From Deltaproteobacteria bacterium (GTDB taxonomy: Bacteria; Myxococcota_A; Polyangia; Polyangiales; Houyiibacteriaceae), in contig JAXMNT010000013.1 of assembly GCA_034670305.1 (NCBI GenBank), positions 87,878 to 151,877 of the forward strand: 64,000 nt of DNA, in the 5' to 3' direction. Shown one piece after another: positions 1 through 9,718 of this stretch. The position numbers were made by a program, and so were the translations under genes. Below the pieces are notes generated by a model. That model was not told where the DNA came from and searched no databases. It saw only the letters and a list, made by a program, of their open reading frames with translations. The first letter of the stretch is position 1. Every line of letters starts with the position of its first letter.

Positions 1-944
1 ACCACCTGCTCGTCGGGGTCTGGGCCGAACTCGAGGTCCAGCCAGCGTCCTGGGTCACCCTCCGGAGTGGCGCCCGCGTGGCCGGCGTGAGCGTGGGCGC
101 GCCGCCGGATCCGGCGTCGGGCAGCCCGTCCGTCGACCGCAACTTTGGTGCGGTCGTCGGGCGTGGATCGCTGACGTTTCGGCCGCACGACGCGCTGCGG
201 CTCCATGTCAACGTCGACCAAGGGTTTCGCGCACCCAACCTGGACGACCTGACGTCCAGGCAACAGGTGGGTCCCGGCTTTCAACTGGACAACCCGGGGC
301 TCGAACCCGAGCGCACGCTGACGACCGAAGTCGGTGTGCGGGTGCTGCACCCGGTGGTGCGGTTCGACGTGTGGGCGTTCGCCACGACCATCGACCGAGG
401 CATCCAGCGCGCGATTCGGGAAGGCGCGGTGTGTCCGCCGGAGACGCCTGGATGCGCGAGTTCGCGGACCACCTTCCAGCTCGTGAACGCCACCGAGCGC
501 TCCGTGCTGCTCGGCATGGAGGGCGGTCTCACGTTGGCGCTGCCGCGGGATGTTCGGGTGCGGGCCACCGCGAGCTACGCCTACGGCCAGGGGCCGGACC
601 TCAACGGTGGCCCCGAACGGCGTCCGCTCTCTCGCGTGCCTCCCCTTCAGGGAACACTCCAGCTGCGCTGGCGTCACCGCGCGACCGGACTCAGCCTTGG
701 AGGCGCGCTGCGATGGTCCGACGCGCAGGGGCGCCTGGCCGTCGCCGACGCGAGCGACCCCCGCATTCCACTCGGCGGCACGCCGGGCTATGCGGTCATC
801 GACCTGCGCGCGGGCTGGCGGTTCCGCAACGACCTCGCTCTGAGCCTCGTCTTCGAGAACGTCGCGGACGCCGCCTACCGCATCCACGGAAGCAGCATCA
901 ATGGTCCTGGCCGCGGGGTGATGCTCTGGCTGCGCGCGGGCTGA
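1..944 (+). CDS. TonB-dependent outer-membrane receptor, C-terminal part (5' end lies before the window)
   Basis: GFRAPNLDDL, NPGLEPE, ENVADAAY and GPGR motifs typical of TBDR barrel C-termini; amphipathic beta pattern; frame open from window start. Confidence 0.9.
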   Translation, partial: HLLVGVWAELEVQPASWVTLRSGARVAGVSVGAPPDPASGSPSVDRNFGAVVGRGSLTFRPHDALRLHVNVDQGFRAPNLDDLTSRQQVGPGFQLDNPGLEPERTLTTEVGVRVLHPVVRFDVWAFATTIDRGIQRAIREGAVCPPETPGCASSRTTFQLVNATERSVLLGMEGGLTLALPRDVRVRATASYAYGQGPDLNGGPERRPLSRVPPLQGTLQLRWRHRATGLSLGGALRWSDAQGRLAVADASDPRIPLGGTPGYAVIDLRAGWRFRNDLALSLVFENVADAAYRIHGSSINGPGRGVMLWLRAG

Positions 945-1061
945 GGGGTCTCCTCGAGGTGGGTCACGTGGGCGCTCGGCTCTCCAACCAGCGGAAGCTG
1001 CGTGGAACCTACGCCGAGACTTGCAGCCATCCACTTCCGTCATGGGGTTGCCCGGCGGCGC

Positions 1062-1940
1062 ATGTGGGGCAACAACCTCGAGGTGAGTACGTTCGACGAA
1101 CTGGTGGGGCGGCTGCCTCGGCCCGAGGAGGTGGACGCGGCGGTGCACCCGCGGGTGCTGACCTTGCCGGCGGACGACGGGGATGCGTTCGACTTCGCGT
1201 TCGTCGCGTGGCGTGATCCGGGCGGCGCCAAAGCGCTGCACGAAGCGCTCGGCCCAATCGTGGAAGCGACACTCCTCGCCGAACTCTCCAACCCGGAACC
1301 GGGCCCGGAGCGATTGAACGCGCTGCACTTCGTCTCGGTCGAACCCATCGACGAACTGCAACGGGCACTGCAGGCGTTCGGGTTCGTGCGGAGCGAGCCG
1401 TCGAGCGAACTGGCCGCATGCATCCGCGGCGAAGCCTCCGCCTGTGGGCTGGCGGTGCCGGACGCGTTCGGGAGTGTCTGGACTGCGACCGTGGGTGGTG
1501 TCGATGCGTCCGCCATCACCGAGGAGTTGGCCAAGTTCGAGTGGCCGGCGTTCGGGGTGCAACCGGGCGCGCTGGCGCGGCTGCTCGGCACGACGATCGA
1601 CGCGCCGCCGACGCCGCTCGGGCTCGACCAGGTGGAAGCAAAACTCGTCGACCGCACGCCCGGTGTGGTTCGGTGGATCGAGCCCCGGGCGTTCCTCGCG
1701 CTCTGCGACTTCGTCGCGGTGGTGTTGGCGCGGGCGTTCGAGAAGACCGTGCAATGGGCGCCAAGCGACACCGACGAAGACGGGTTCGTCTCTCCGCCGC
1801 TCGTGCGGATGAAGGGAACCGAGGGTTGGGTGCACCTGCCGCTCGGCCTGCACGTGCTGCGCTGGTGCGTGATGCCGCTCTTGCCGGGCGAAGAGGTCCC
1901 TCCGCTGAGCCACTGGGCCGAAGATCAAAGCCGGGTCTAG
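1062..1940 (+). CDS. Hypothetical protein
   Basis: Long ORF with protein-like composition and GC3 bias; start uncertain (1002 GTG or 1062 ATG). Confidence 0.7.
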   Translation: MWGNNLEVSTFDELVGRLPRPEEVDAAVHPRVLTLPADDGDAFDFAFVAWRDPGGAKALHEALGPIVEATLLAELSNPEPGPERLNALHFVSVEPIDELQRALQAFGFVRSEPSSELAACIRGEASACGLAVPDAFGSVWTATVGGVDASAITEELAKFEWPAFGVQPGALARLLGTTIDAPPTPLGLDQVEAKLVDRTPGVVRWIEPRAFLALCDFVAVVLARAFEKTVQWAPSDTDEDGFVSPPLVRMKGTEGWVHLPLGLHVLRWCVMPLLPGEEVPPLSHWAEDQSRV

Positions 1941-1991
1941 GAGTCTGCGGGTCGGGATCGCTTGGGGTCGCAAGCGCGCTATGCTCCCGCT

Positions 1992-2213
1992 GTGTCGTAC
2001 GACTTCGTTCCCGATGTGCGCGATGGATTGACGCGGGCCGAGCGGGTGATCCTCTGGCAGCTCCACGAACTGCAGAAGGAACTGGGGGGTGAGGAGGGGT
2101 TTGCCGAAGCGCGGCACGTGCCCACCGCCATGCTCTACGGCCGCGTCGTCGAACACGTGAACCTCTCGGTGCAAGCGTTTCAGCGCATCCTCCAGCGACT
2201 GACCGGGCATTGA
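1992..2213 (+). CDS. Small protein resembling the GyrA/ParC N-terminal (winged-helix) segment
   Basis: VPDVRDGLTRAERVILWQLHEL resembles GyrA LPDVRDGLKPVxRRILxxM; 73 aa; stop overlaps the next ORF. Confidence 0.7.
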   Translation: MSYDFVPDVRDGLTRAERVILWQLHELQKELGGEEGFAEARHVPTAMLYGRVVEHVNLSVQAFQRILQRLTGH

Positions 2214-2989
2214 GCGATCGCGCGACGTGTTGTGCGCAGTGTCGCTGGGTCGGGCACGGCTCGGGGTGCCCGTTCGATCCCGAACATCAGGTGTTCGACG
2301 TCGACGACCCCCATCTGCTCGAACGGGTCTGGTCGGCGAAGCCCACGGACATGCCCATCTGGTCGGTGGTCGTGCTCTGTGGGGTGATGGCGTTGTTCGG
2401 AGCCGTGGCGAGGCATCCGATCGCGATCGTGGCGATCTACGTCGGGGCGCTCGTGCTGCTGGTGGTGGCGATTCGAGCGCGGCGACGCGGGGTCCTGCGC
2501 CCGGCCGCTGCGTTGCCCACACGAACCGACGACGACCAGCGCCTCACGGGCGTCGCGTCGGGAGACCCGAGCACGATCGGGCCGTTTCTGGGCGCGTTGG
2601 CGGGGCTCGTGGTGTTCGAATCCGAAGCTGGCGTCACCATGGTTCACGGCACGACACCGAACGGGTTTTGCGTCGATGGGCCCGACGGGGCGGCCGTGGC
2701 CGTTCCGCCGGGTCCGGTCTGGATCGACGGTGGCGAACGGCATCTGCTCTCCCAGGCAGAGATCGCGGACATCCGAAGCTCGCTCGAGCCCACGGCCCGC
2801 TTGGGCACAGGTCTGCCGGCGCGCCGAGGGTTCTGCCGTCTCATCCGGCCAGGCGACACGATCGAGGTCCACGGAACACTCGAACGTGTCCCGACCCAGG
2901 ATGACAAGGCGTATCGGGAGAACGCCGGTGGCGCGCGGGAACCGGTCGAGTCCGTGGTGCGGCTGCGGATCGTGTCGCTCCGGCCCTGA
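2210..2989 (+). CDS. Membrane protein, hypothetical (N-terminal Cys/His cluster, 2 TM helices)
   Basis: CAQC...CPFDPEH at the N-terminus, two hydrophobic helices, C-terminal RPGDTIEVHG..YRE. Confidence 0.6.
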   Translation: MSDRATCCAQCRWVGHGSGCPFDPEHQVFDVDDPHLLERVWSAKPTDMPIWSVVVLCGVMALFGAVARHPIAIVAIYVGALVLLVVAIRARRRGVLRPAAALPTRTDDDQRLTGVASGDPSTIGPFLGALAGLVVFESEAGVTMVHGTTPNGFCVDGPDGAAVAVPPGPVWIDGGERHLLSQAEIADIRSSLEPTARLGTGLPARRGFCRLIRPGDTIEVHGTLERVPTQDDKAYRENAGGAREPVESVVRLRIVSLRP

Positions 2990-3070
2990 CGAAGGGCCGC
3001 TTGCACGCGGGTGGACTGGTTGCAGACCCTGTGTCTTGTTCGAGTCGGGAGAACGGATAGACTCGCGCGC

Positions 3071-3982
3071 ATGTCTCAGCGCGCCGCTTCCTTGCTGCTT
3101 GTCACGTTCCTCCTCGCCTGCGGCGACTCGTCCGCCGACGTGGACGCTGGCGACGGGGTCGACGCCGCCACGGACACCGGCGGCTCGGTGGATGCGGACG
3201 ATGGCGTCGACGCGCCGAGACCGCCTCCGTTCGTGGGACCCACCGGCGGCACAGACGGCTGCGGAGAAGCGGCACCCGAAGCCGGCACGTTCATGATCGA
3301 CGTGGCCGGCGAGACCCGGGAGTACATCCTGGCGTACTCGGGCGACTACGACGCGAGCACCCCCGTCCCGCTCATCTTCGCGTTCCATGGACTCGGCGAC
3401 TCGGCGACCAACTTCCGGAACCTGCGGTTCGAGGACGTCTCCGGCGGCATCACCGTGTACCTGAACGGCACGCCGCAGGAGTCGCTGGCCAACGCGCGCG
3501 GCTGGGTGCTCGATGTCGCCGGCAAGGACGTCGACTTGTTCGACGCGGTGCTGGCCGAGATCAGCGCGTCGATGTGTGTCGACCGCGCGCGGGTCTTCTC
3601 GACTGGCTTCAGCTACGGCGGCTTCTTCACCAACGTGCTCGGCTGCGCCCGCGGCGATCTCATCCGCGCGGTGGCGCCGGTCTCCGGCGGCGGCAACGCC
3701 AGCGGATGCGTCGGCCAGGCGGCCGTGGTCGCCATTCACGGCACCTCCGACACGGTCGTGCCTTCCACCGTCGGACGCGGCGGCTTCACCCGCTGGCTCT
3801 TCCGCAACGGGTGCAGCGGGGAGAGCGAGCCGGACGGCGAGCGCTGCCGGCGCAACCTGAACTGCGACGACGGCTACCCGGCGATGTGGTGCGAACACGA
3901 CGGAGACCATGTGTACCCGCCGTGGGTCCGCGGCGAGATCTGGCGCTTCTTCGAAGCCCTCCCCGAGAACCCGGGCACCTGA
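3071..3982 (+). CDS. Alpha/beta-hydrolase lipoprotein (CE1 / PHB-depolymerase / feruloyl-esterase-like)
   Basis: Lipobox LLAC, FHGLG oxyanion motif, GFSYGG nucleophile, HGTSD, DH catalytic His. Confidence 0.85.
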   Translation: MSQRAASLLLVTFLLACGDSSADVDAGDGVDAATDTGGSVDADDGVDAPRPPPFVGPTGGTDGCGEAAPEAGTFMIDVAGETREYILAYSGDYDASTPVPLIFAFHGLGDSATNFRNLRFEDVSGGITVYLNGTPQESLANARGWVLDVAGKDVDLFDAVLAEISASMCVDRARVFSTGFSYGGFFTNVLGCARGDLIRAVAPVSGGGNASGCVGQAAVVAIHGTSDTVVPSTVGRGGFTRWLFRNGCSGESEPDGERCRRNLNCDDGYPAMWCEHDGDHVYPPWVRGEIWRFFEALPENPGT

Positions 3983-4079
3983 ACGGCGGGGCCAGCGTCC
4001 CCATGCCCGGTGAACGCGAACGCCCGGATCGGCCGTCTGGTCAGACGACCCATCAGATGTCGTCCGATCGGATCTCCGG

Positions 4080-4688
4080 TCAGCCACCGCCGAGTTCGGC
4101 TTCTTTGGCCGTCGCGCGCTTGAACGCTGGGCGGCTGGTACAGCGCTCCACGTACGCCGCGATCGGACCCTCGTTCGGCTCGATGCCGAACAGCACGCCC
4201 CACCGCAAGGTCGATCCCATCATCACGTCGGCGGCGGTGAACTGGTCGCCGGCCAAGTATTCGGTCGCATCCACGGCGGCGCGCGCGGTCGCCATCGCAT
4301 CGGCCAGGCTTCCCCAGGCCAGCCGACTGCTCGACTCCTTCCAATCGAAGAAGTGTTCGCAGTACGCCGGCTCGAGCACGCCCACCGAGTAGAAGAGCCA
4401 ACGCAGGTAGGCCGCGCGGTGCGGACTGTCGAACGCGGGTGCCAGCGTGCCCATCGCGTACTTGTCCGCGAGGTAACAACAGATGGCGGCCCGCTCGCTG
4501 ATCGGCACCCCGTCATCCACGACGACCGGCACTTTTCCAAGTCCGTTGAGCGCCATGTGGGGGTCGGCTTTGTGTTCGGCCTTCTCCATGTCGAGCAGGT
4601 GGATCTCATAGGGCCGGCCGAGCTCTTCGAGCATCCACAGTCCCACGAACGAACGGGTCTTCACCGCATGGTGCAACGTCAATGTCAT
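4080..4688 (-). CDS. Glutathione S-transferase
   Basis: GKVPV, ISERAAICCYL, GDQFTAAD, SRPAF motifs. Confidence 0.93.
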   Translation of the reverse strand: MTLTLHHAVKTRSFVGLWMLEELGRPYEIHLLDMEKAEHKADPHMALNGLGKVPVVVDDGVPISERAAICCYLADKYAMGTLAPAFDSPHRAAYLRWLFYSVGVLEPAYCEHFFDWKESSSRLAWGSLADAMATARAAVDATEYLAGDQFTAADVMMGSTLRWGVLFGIEPNEGPIAAYVERCTSRPAFKRATAKEAELGGG

Positions 4689-4719
4689 GCCGCGAACCCT
4701 AGCCCACGGGTGTGACACT

Positions 4720-6597
4720 TCAGGTGCCGGCGCGGTGGATGTATGCGAGCACCGCCGCGAGCACCATCTCACTCGACGTGGCGACCCCGAACAGCTGCAG
4801 CGCGTGATCCGGATAGACAATGCACGCGGTCCCCGAGATCACACTCAGGATCGCGATCCAGGCGATCCAGCGGAGGAGCACCACCGAGCCCACGAACAGG
4901 GCGGCCGCGAGCACGAAGCAATCGGTCGCGAACACCTGGGCGACGTCTGGTTCGATCTGAAAGAACTCGAGGCCCACGAACACCGACAGCCGGTGCAACA
5001 GCATCACCCCCATCATCGCCAGGAGCATGAACACCGCCTGGCGGTTGAACGTGCTCACCCACAAACGTTTGCGAAGCACGACGGTGCCGCCGATCATGAT
5101 GAGGGTCGACACAATCGGTATGGCGAGCATGTGGGTGATCGTCACGTCGTCTTGGTCGAGGACGAAGCTGTAGGCCCCGATCGCGATCCCGACGAGCGAC
5201 AACCCGAAGAGCGCGAACGCCCGCGAACCGGACGCCACCCTCGGGTCGTGCTCCCGTGCGAGGCGCTCCAGTTCGGCCTGTCGTTCACGCTGGGACTGGA
5301 GCAGTCCTTCGAGTTCTCGAAGGGTGTCGAGGGCCAGGGTGTTGTCGGGCCACTGGGCGATGGACTGTTCGAGGCCGAACTGGGCCGCGGCGAGGTGCTG
5401 GTCGACCTCGCGCCGCGCATCGACGTCGAGCGCCTCCTCCGTTTCGAGCAGCCGAGACGCCTGTTCGAAACGCAGGCCCGCTTCGGTCGCCAGCGCGGCC
5501 GCGTCGCGGTGCCGCACGAACGCCTTCACCGCATCCCGGAACGCACCCACGTCCGCAGGGCGCGCGTCCGGGTCGACGTGGCAGGCCTGGTTCGCGAGAC
5601 GGGCCAGCTCGCCCGGCACCTCTTCGTCGAACTCGAACGGCTTCGACTGCCGCGCGCTCAACAGGGCCGCGATGGCGGTCTGCGCGTCGTGCCGGGGTCG
5701 ACCGGTCAGGACCTCATGCAACACCGCGCCGAGCAGGTACACGTCGGTGCGCTCGTCGATGCGCCCACCGCCCACCATCTCGGGGGCCATGTAGTTCGGG
5801 GTGCCGCAGAGTCGGGTTTCGGTCTCTCCCACCAAACCTGCGACGCCCCAATCGGCGAGGTACACGTCGCCAAACTTCCCGATGAGCACGTTCTCCGGCT
5901 TGATGTCTCGGTGCACGACGCCGTGCTGGTGCGCGAAGCGCAGCGCCTGGCACACCTGCAAGACGATCTGCAGGTGCCCGAGCAGGCGGTTGTCGGGCTC
6001 CCCGTCCCAGCCCTCCCACCCCTCGTGGGCGGGATCCTGGAGCAGGGCATCCCAGGTGCTCCCCTCGATGCGTTTCATCACCAACGCGGGGCGGCCCGCT
6101 TCGTCGAGCCCGATGGAGTGCACGGGGACGATGGCCGGATGTTCGAGTCGACCGGTGACGCGACCTTCCACGAGCAGCGCGTCGCGCGCGGACTCGGGGG
6201 CACCGTCTTTGGTGGTCTTCACGGCGACTTCTCGGCCGAGCGAATGCTGCTTCGCGAGGAGCACCCGCCCCATGCCGCCCTCCCCGATCAGTCCTGTCAC
6301 CTCGAGATCGGCGGAGGCGCCTCGCGGTGCCGCAGGCGGACTCATCGAGCCGCGCAGGTCGAGCGAGAGACGGGGCAACGGCCGTTGCGTCTGGGTGGCC
6401 GCGGGCTCGACGTCGGCCGGGAGCGTCAGGTCCGCGGAAGCTGCCGGATCGGCCCCTGGCGCGGCCGGCCGGACCACGGACTGCGGCGGTAGGATCGTGG
6501 CGCCCGGTGGCAAGAGCGCCGTGTCCGCGGCCCCGAGCGCGTGGAGCTGGGCCTGCAGACGCTCCACTCCGTCGGGCACATCCTCCATCGACGCCAT
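4720..6597 (-). CDS. Hanks-type Ser/Thr protein kinase with C-terminal multi-pass membrane domain
   Basis: GEGGMG, VAVK, HRDIKPEN, DWG, GTPNYMAPE; about 5 hydrophobic helices at the C-terminus. Confidence 0.92.
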   Translation of the reverse strand: MASMEDVPDGVERLQAQLHALGAADTALLPPGATILPPQSVVRPAAPGADPAASADLTLPADVEPAATQTQRPLPRLSLDLRGSMSPPAAPRGASADLEVTGLIGEGGMGRVLLAKQHSLGREVAVKTTKDGAPESARDALLVEGRVTGRLEHPAIVPVHSIGLDEAGRPALVMKRIEGSTWDALLQDPAHEGWEGWDGEPDNRLLGHLQIVLQVCQALRFAHQHGVVHRDIKPENVLIGKFGDVYLADWGVAGLVGETETRLCGTPNYMAPEMVGGGRIDERTDVYLLGAVLHEVLTGRPRHDAQTAIAALLSARQSKPFEFDEEVPGELARLANQACHVDPDARPADVGAFRDAVKAFVRHRDAAALATEAGLRFEQASRLLETEEALDVDARREVDQHLAAAQFGLEQSIAQWPDNTLALDTLRELEGLLQSQRERQAELERLAREHDPRVASGSRAFALFGLSLVGIAIGAYSFVLDQDDVTITHMLAIPIVSTLIMIGGTVVLRKRLWVSTFNRQAVFMLLAMMGVMLLHRLSVFVGLEFFQIEPDVAQVFATDCFVLAAALFVGSVVLLRWIAWIAILSVISGTACIVYPDHALQLFGVATSSEMVLAAVLAYIHRAGT

Positions 6598-6703
6598 GCT
6601 CGCCCATCGGGCCCGCGACGTACACCGGATCGACTCCGAGAACGGCCTCGGATCTCTGGAAAACCCCGAGCGATGTCACTCAGCCTTGATACGGTAGCGG
6701 CCC

Positions 6704-9700
6704 TTGGATCGCCCCGCGAACAGTCCGCCGACCGGCCCGCTGCATCAAGTGCAGCGGAGGCTCCAGGCCGAGGAGCTCATTCGATTGCGTCGGCCGGACG
6801 AGCAGCGGCGGTACGTGGCGAGTCAGCGGGCGGGCCGCATCGATCCGAACCCACATCAAATCGACGCGGTGGTGTTCGCACTCCGCCGCATTCCGGAGGG
6901 TGGCTGCATTCTCGCGGACGAGGTCGGACTCGGAAAGACGATCGAAGCCGGGCTGGTGATCGCCCAGATGCTCGCCGAGGGCGCGCGGCGGATCCTGCTC
7001 ATCACGCCGAAGCCGCTGGTCGGCCAGTGGCGCGAAGAACTCTACGCGCTCTTCGACATCGTGGTGCGCGAAGGCAAAGCGGAGCGGAACGCGTTCGACG
7101 GAGACGGAGTGTTCCTGGTCGGGCGTGAGTCGGCCGGCACCAAGACCATGTCCGGTCTTCTGGAGCACAGCGCGCCGTTCGACTTGTGCGTGGTGGACGA
7201 AGCGCACGAGCTCTTCGCGGGCATCTACAAACGGTACGCCGCGGACGGGTCCTACAAAGACGACGCAGGCCACGCGAAGGTGGCGCACCGAGTGCGGGAA
7301 GTGCTCGGCGCGACGCCGGTGCTGCTCTTGACCGCGACGCCTATCCAGAACTCCCTCGCCGAACTCTGGGGACTGATCCAGTACGTCGATCCCTCCGGCA
7401 CGTTGCTGGGCGACCTCCCGACCTTTCGAGAGCTCTTCACCGGCCAGGACGACCGCTCCCTCGCGCCGGGTGCGGACCACGAGCTGCGCCGGCGGGTGCA
7501 GCGGGTCGTGCAACGCACGCTCCGCCGGCAAGCGCAGGAGTTCATGGAGCAGCCGTTCGTGGGCCGGCGCGCGCGCACGTTCGAATACAAGATGACCGAG
7601 GAAGAGAAGGTCATCTACGACGACGTGACCCGGTACTTGCTCAGCCCGAACCTGCAGGCGTTCCGCGGCACGCACCGCAGCCTTCTGCTGCTCGGGTTTC
7701 ACCGGCGCATGGCGTCGAGCAAAGCCGCGCTCGCGCGCAGCCTGAAGAATGTCGAGAACCGGCTTCAGCGCATGCTCACCGCGGCGCAGGCCGGGCGGTT
7801 CGACGAGGGGGAAGAGACCGCCCGCGTGTTCGTCGACGACCTCGATGGCGACGACGAGATCGTGCTCGCGCTCAGCGCCGAGTCGGAGGACGAAGGCAAG
7901 GTCGACCCCGAAGCGGTGCGGCTCGAACTCGAGCGGGTGACCGACCTGCGCGCCCGCACCGAAGCGCTCGCGGTGGACAGCAAAGCCCAGGCGTTGATCC
8001 AGGCAGTCCGGGCGGTGCTCGAACGGGGCCAGTCGTCCAAAGGCGGTCCGGCGGCGGGGTCGGGCAAACTCGTGCTCTTCACCGAGTCCCTCACCACCCA
8101 GGACTACCTGCGGGACCTGCTGGTGGAGTCCGGGCTCGTGACCGAAGGCGAGATCACCCTCTTCCGCGGGGACAACCGCGGGGCCCGCGCCAAAGAAGCG
8201 CTCGCGCGGTGGGAAAAGGAAGTCGAGACCGCCGCCGGCACCACGCCGCCGAGCCGAGACACCGCGACGCGACTCGCGCTGGTGCACGAGTTCCGAACGC
8301 GCAGCCGGGTGTTCATCTCGACCGAAGCCGGCGCCAAGGGTCTGAACTTGCAGTTCTGCGACACGCTCGTGAACTACGACCTGCCGTGGAACCCGCAGCG
8401 GATCGAACAGCGCATCGGGCGATGTCACCGGTACGGACAGACCCGCGACGTCACGGTCATCAACTTCCTCGCGAGCGACAACGAAGCGCAACAGCTCACC
8501 TACGAGATCCTCAGCCGCAAGCTCGAGCTCTTCGGCACCGTGCTCGGCGCGTCCGACGTCATTCTCCACCAGCCGAGTGGCGAGACGAGCGAGTCGGTCC
8601 TCTCCTCGCTCTCGACCGACTTCGAGAAGCAGCTCGGCGCCATCTACCGGCGTGCGCGCTCGCTCGAGGAGATCACCGCGGAGCTCCGCAAGTTGCGCGA
8701 CGAGACCGAAGCGAAGCGCACCAGCTTCGAAGCCGAGCACGCGCGCACCTCGCAGCTGATTCAGAGCCGATTCGACGAGTCGGTGCGCTCCGCGTTCCGG
8801 AAGATCGCCGAGCAGACCCCGGTGGAACTCGCCGCGCTCGACCGCGACCTCGAAGCGGTGCTGAACGCGTTCCTGAACGCGGTGGGCGCGCCGCACGAAC
8901 GAGAAGAAGCCGCCGGCGCGGTGCGGTATCGAATCGGTGCCTGCGCGGCCCTTCCCGGCGCGCTCCGGGAAGGCACCGACGTGTGGATCGGCCAACCCAA
9001 GGCAGCCCACCGGCCACCAGCCCTGCACCTGGCGCATCCATTGGTGCGCGCCGCCATCGACGAGGCGCGCGAGGCCACCCAGAGCACGCAGCACGTGGAG
9101 CTCGCCGCGTCGGAGTCGGGCCCGCTCGCAGGCGCGCGCGGTTGGGTGCGGGTCTCGAAGGTCCGCCGCGACGGACTCGAGCCGGTCGAACAACTCGTCG
9201 CGGTGGGCACCCGCTTTGTGGGCGATGCGGTGGAGCCACTCGACCCGGAGACGATCGACGCACTCCTCTCGGGTGAGCTGCGCTCCGTCGCGGGGGACGC
9301 CGCGACCGACGCCCCCTCCGAGGCCCTTGAAGACGCGCTCGAAGAAGCGATGTTCCTGGCAGAGGCGGATCTCGAAGCCGCGGAGGCGACCCACTTCGAA
9401 GAGCGGCTGGAACGGCTGGAGCGTTTTGTCGAAGACCGGCTGCTCGTGCTCTCGCGACGCCAGCACGAGCTGACCAAACAACGCACCGAAGCCGAACATG
9501 CACGGGAGGCGGCCCTCGCACCGGCCACCCGCGAGCGGGCCGAGGAACGACTGCGGCGGGTTGCCGAACGTTTGGAGCAGATCGAGGTGGAGGTCGACCG
9601 GCTGCGGCGCCGGGAAGACGAGCGGTACACCGCGCTGAAAGAGGCGCTCTACCTCCGACGGTTCGCACCGCCCACCATCGAGACGCTGTTCGAGATGTCC

Positions 9701-9718
9701 TGGAGGGCCGCGCCGTGA
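6704..9718 (+). CDS. SNF2/RapA-family helicase-like ATPase with C-terminal coiled coil
   Basis: LADEVGLGKT, VDEAH, LTATPIQNS, STEAGAKGLNLQ, DLPWNPQRIEQRIGRCHRYGQ. Confidence 0.93.
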   Translation: MDRPANSPPTGPLHQVQRRLQAEELIRLRRPDEQRRYVASQRAGRIDPNPHQIDAVVFALRRIPEGGCILADEVGLGKTIEAGLVIAQMLAEGARRILLITPKPLVGQWREELYALFDIVVREGKAERNAFDGDGVFLVGRESAGTKTMSGLLEHSAPFDLCVVDEAHELFAGIYKRYAADGSYKDDAGHAKVAHRVREVLGATPVLLLTATPIQNSLAELWGLIQYVDPSGTLLGDLPTFRELFTGQDDRSLAPGADHELRRRVQRVVQRTLRRQAQEFMEQPFVGRRARTFEYKMTEEEKVIYDDVTRYLLSPNLQAFRGTHRSLLLLGFHRRMASSKAALARSLKNVENRLQRMLTAAQAGRFDEGEETARVFVDDLDGDDEIVLALSAESEDEGKVDPEAVRLELERVTDLRARTEALAVDSKAQALIQAVRAVLERGQSSKGGPAAGSGKLVLFTESLTTQDYLRDLLVESGLVTEGEITLFRGDNRGARAKEALARWEKEVETAAGTTPPSRDTATRLALVHEFRTRSRVFISTEAGAKGLNLQFCDTLVNYDLPWNPQRIEQRIGRCHRYGQTRDVTVINFLASDNEAQQLTYEILSRKLELFGTVLGASDVILHQPSGETSESVLSSLSTDFEKQLGAIYRRARSLEEITAELRKLRDETEAKRTSFEAEHARTSQLIQSRFDESVRSAFRKIAEQTPVELAALDRDLEAVLNAFLNAVGAPHEREEAAGAVRYRIGACAALPGALREGTDVWIGQPKAAHRPPALHLAHPLVRAAIDEAREATQSTQHVELAASESGPLAGARGWVRVSKVRRDGLEPVEQLVAVGTRFVGDAVEPLDPETIDALLSGELRSVAGDAATDAPSEALEDALEEAMFLAEADLEAAEATHFEERLERLERFVEDRLLVLSRRQHELTKQRTEAEHAREAALAPATRERAEERLRRVAERLEQIEVEVDRLRRREDERYTALKEALYLRRFAPPTIETLFEMSWRAAP

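Noticed and set aside
2458-8126. E. coli Chi octamers (GCTGGTGG) at about 2458 and 8119
   Set aside because: Expected by chance in GC-rich coding DNA; the Chi sequence of this organism is unknown
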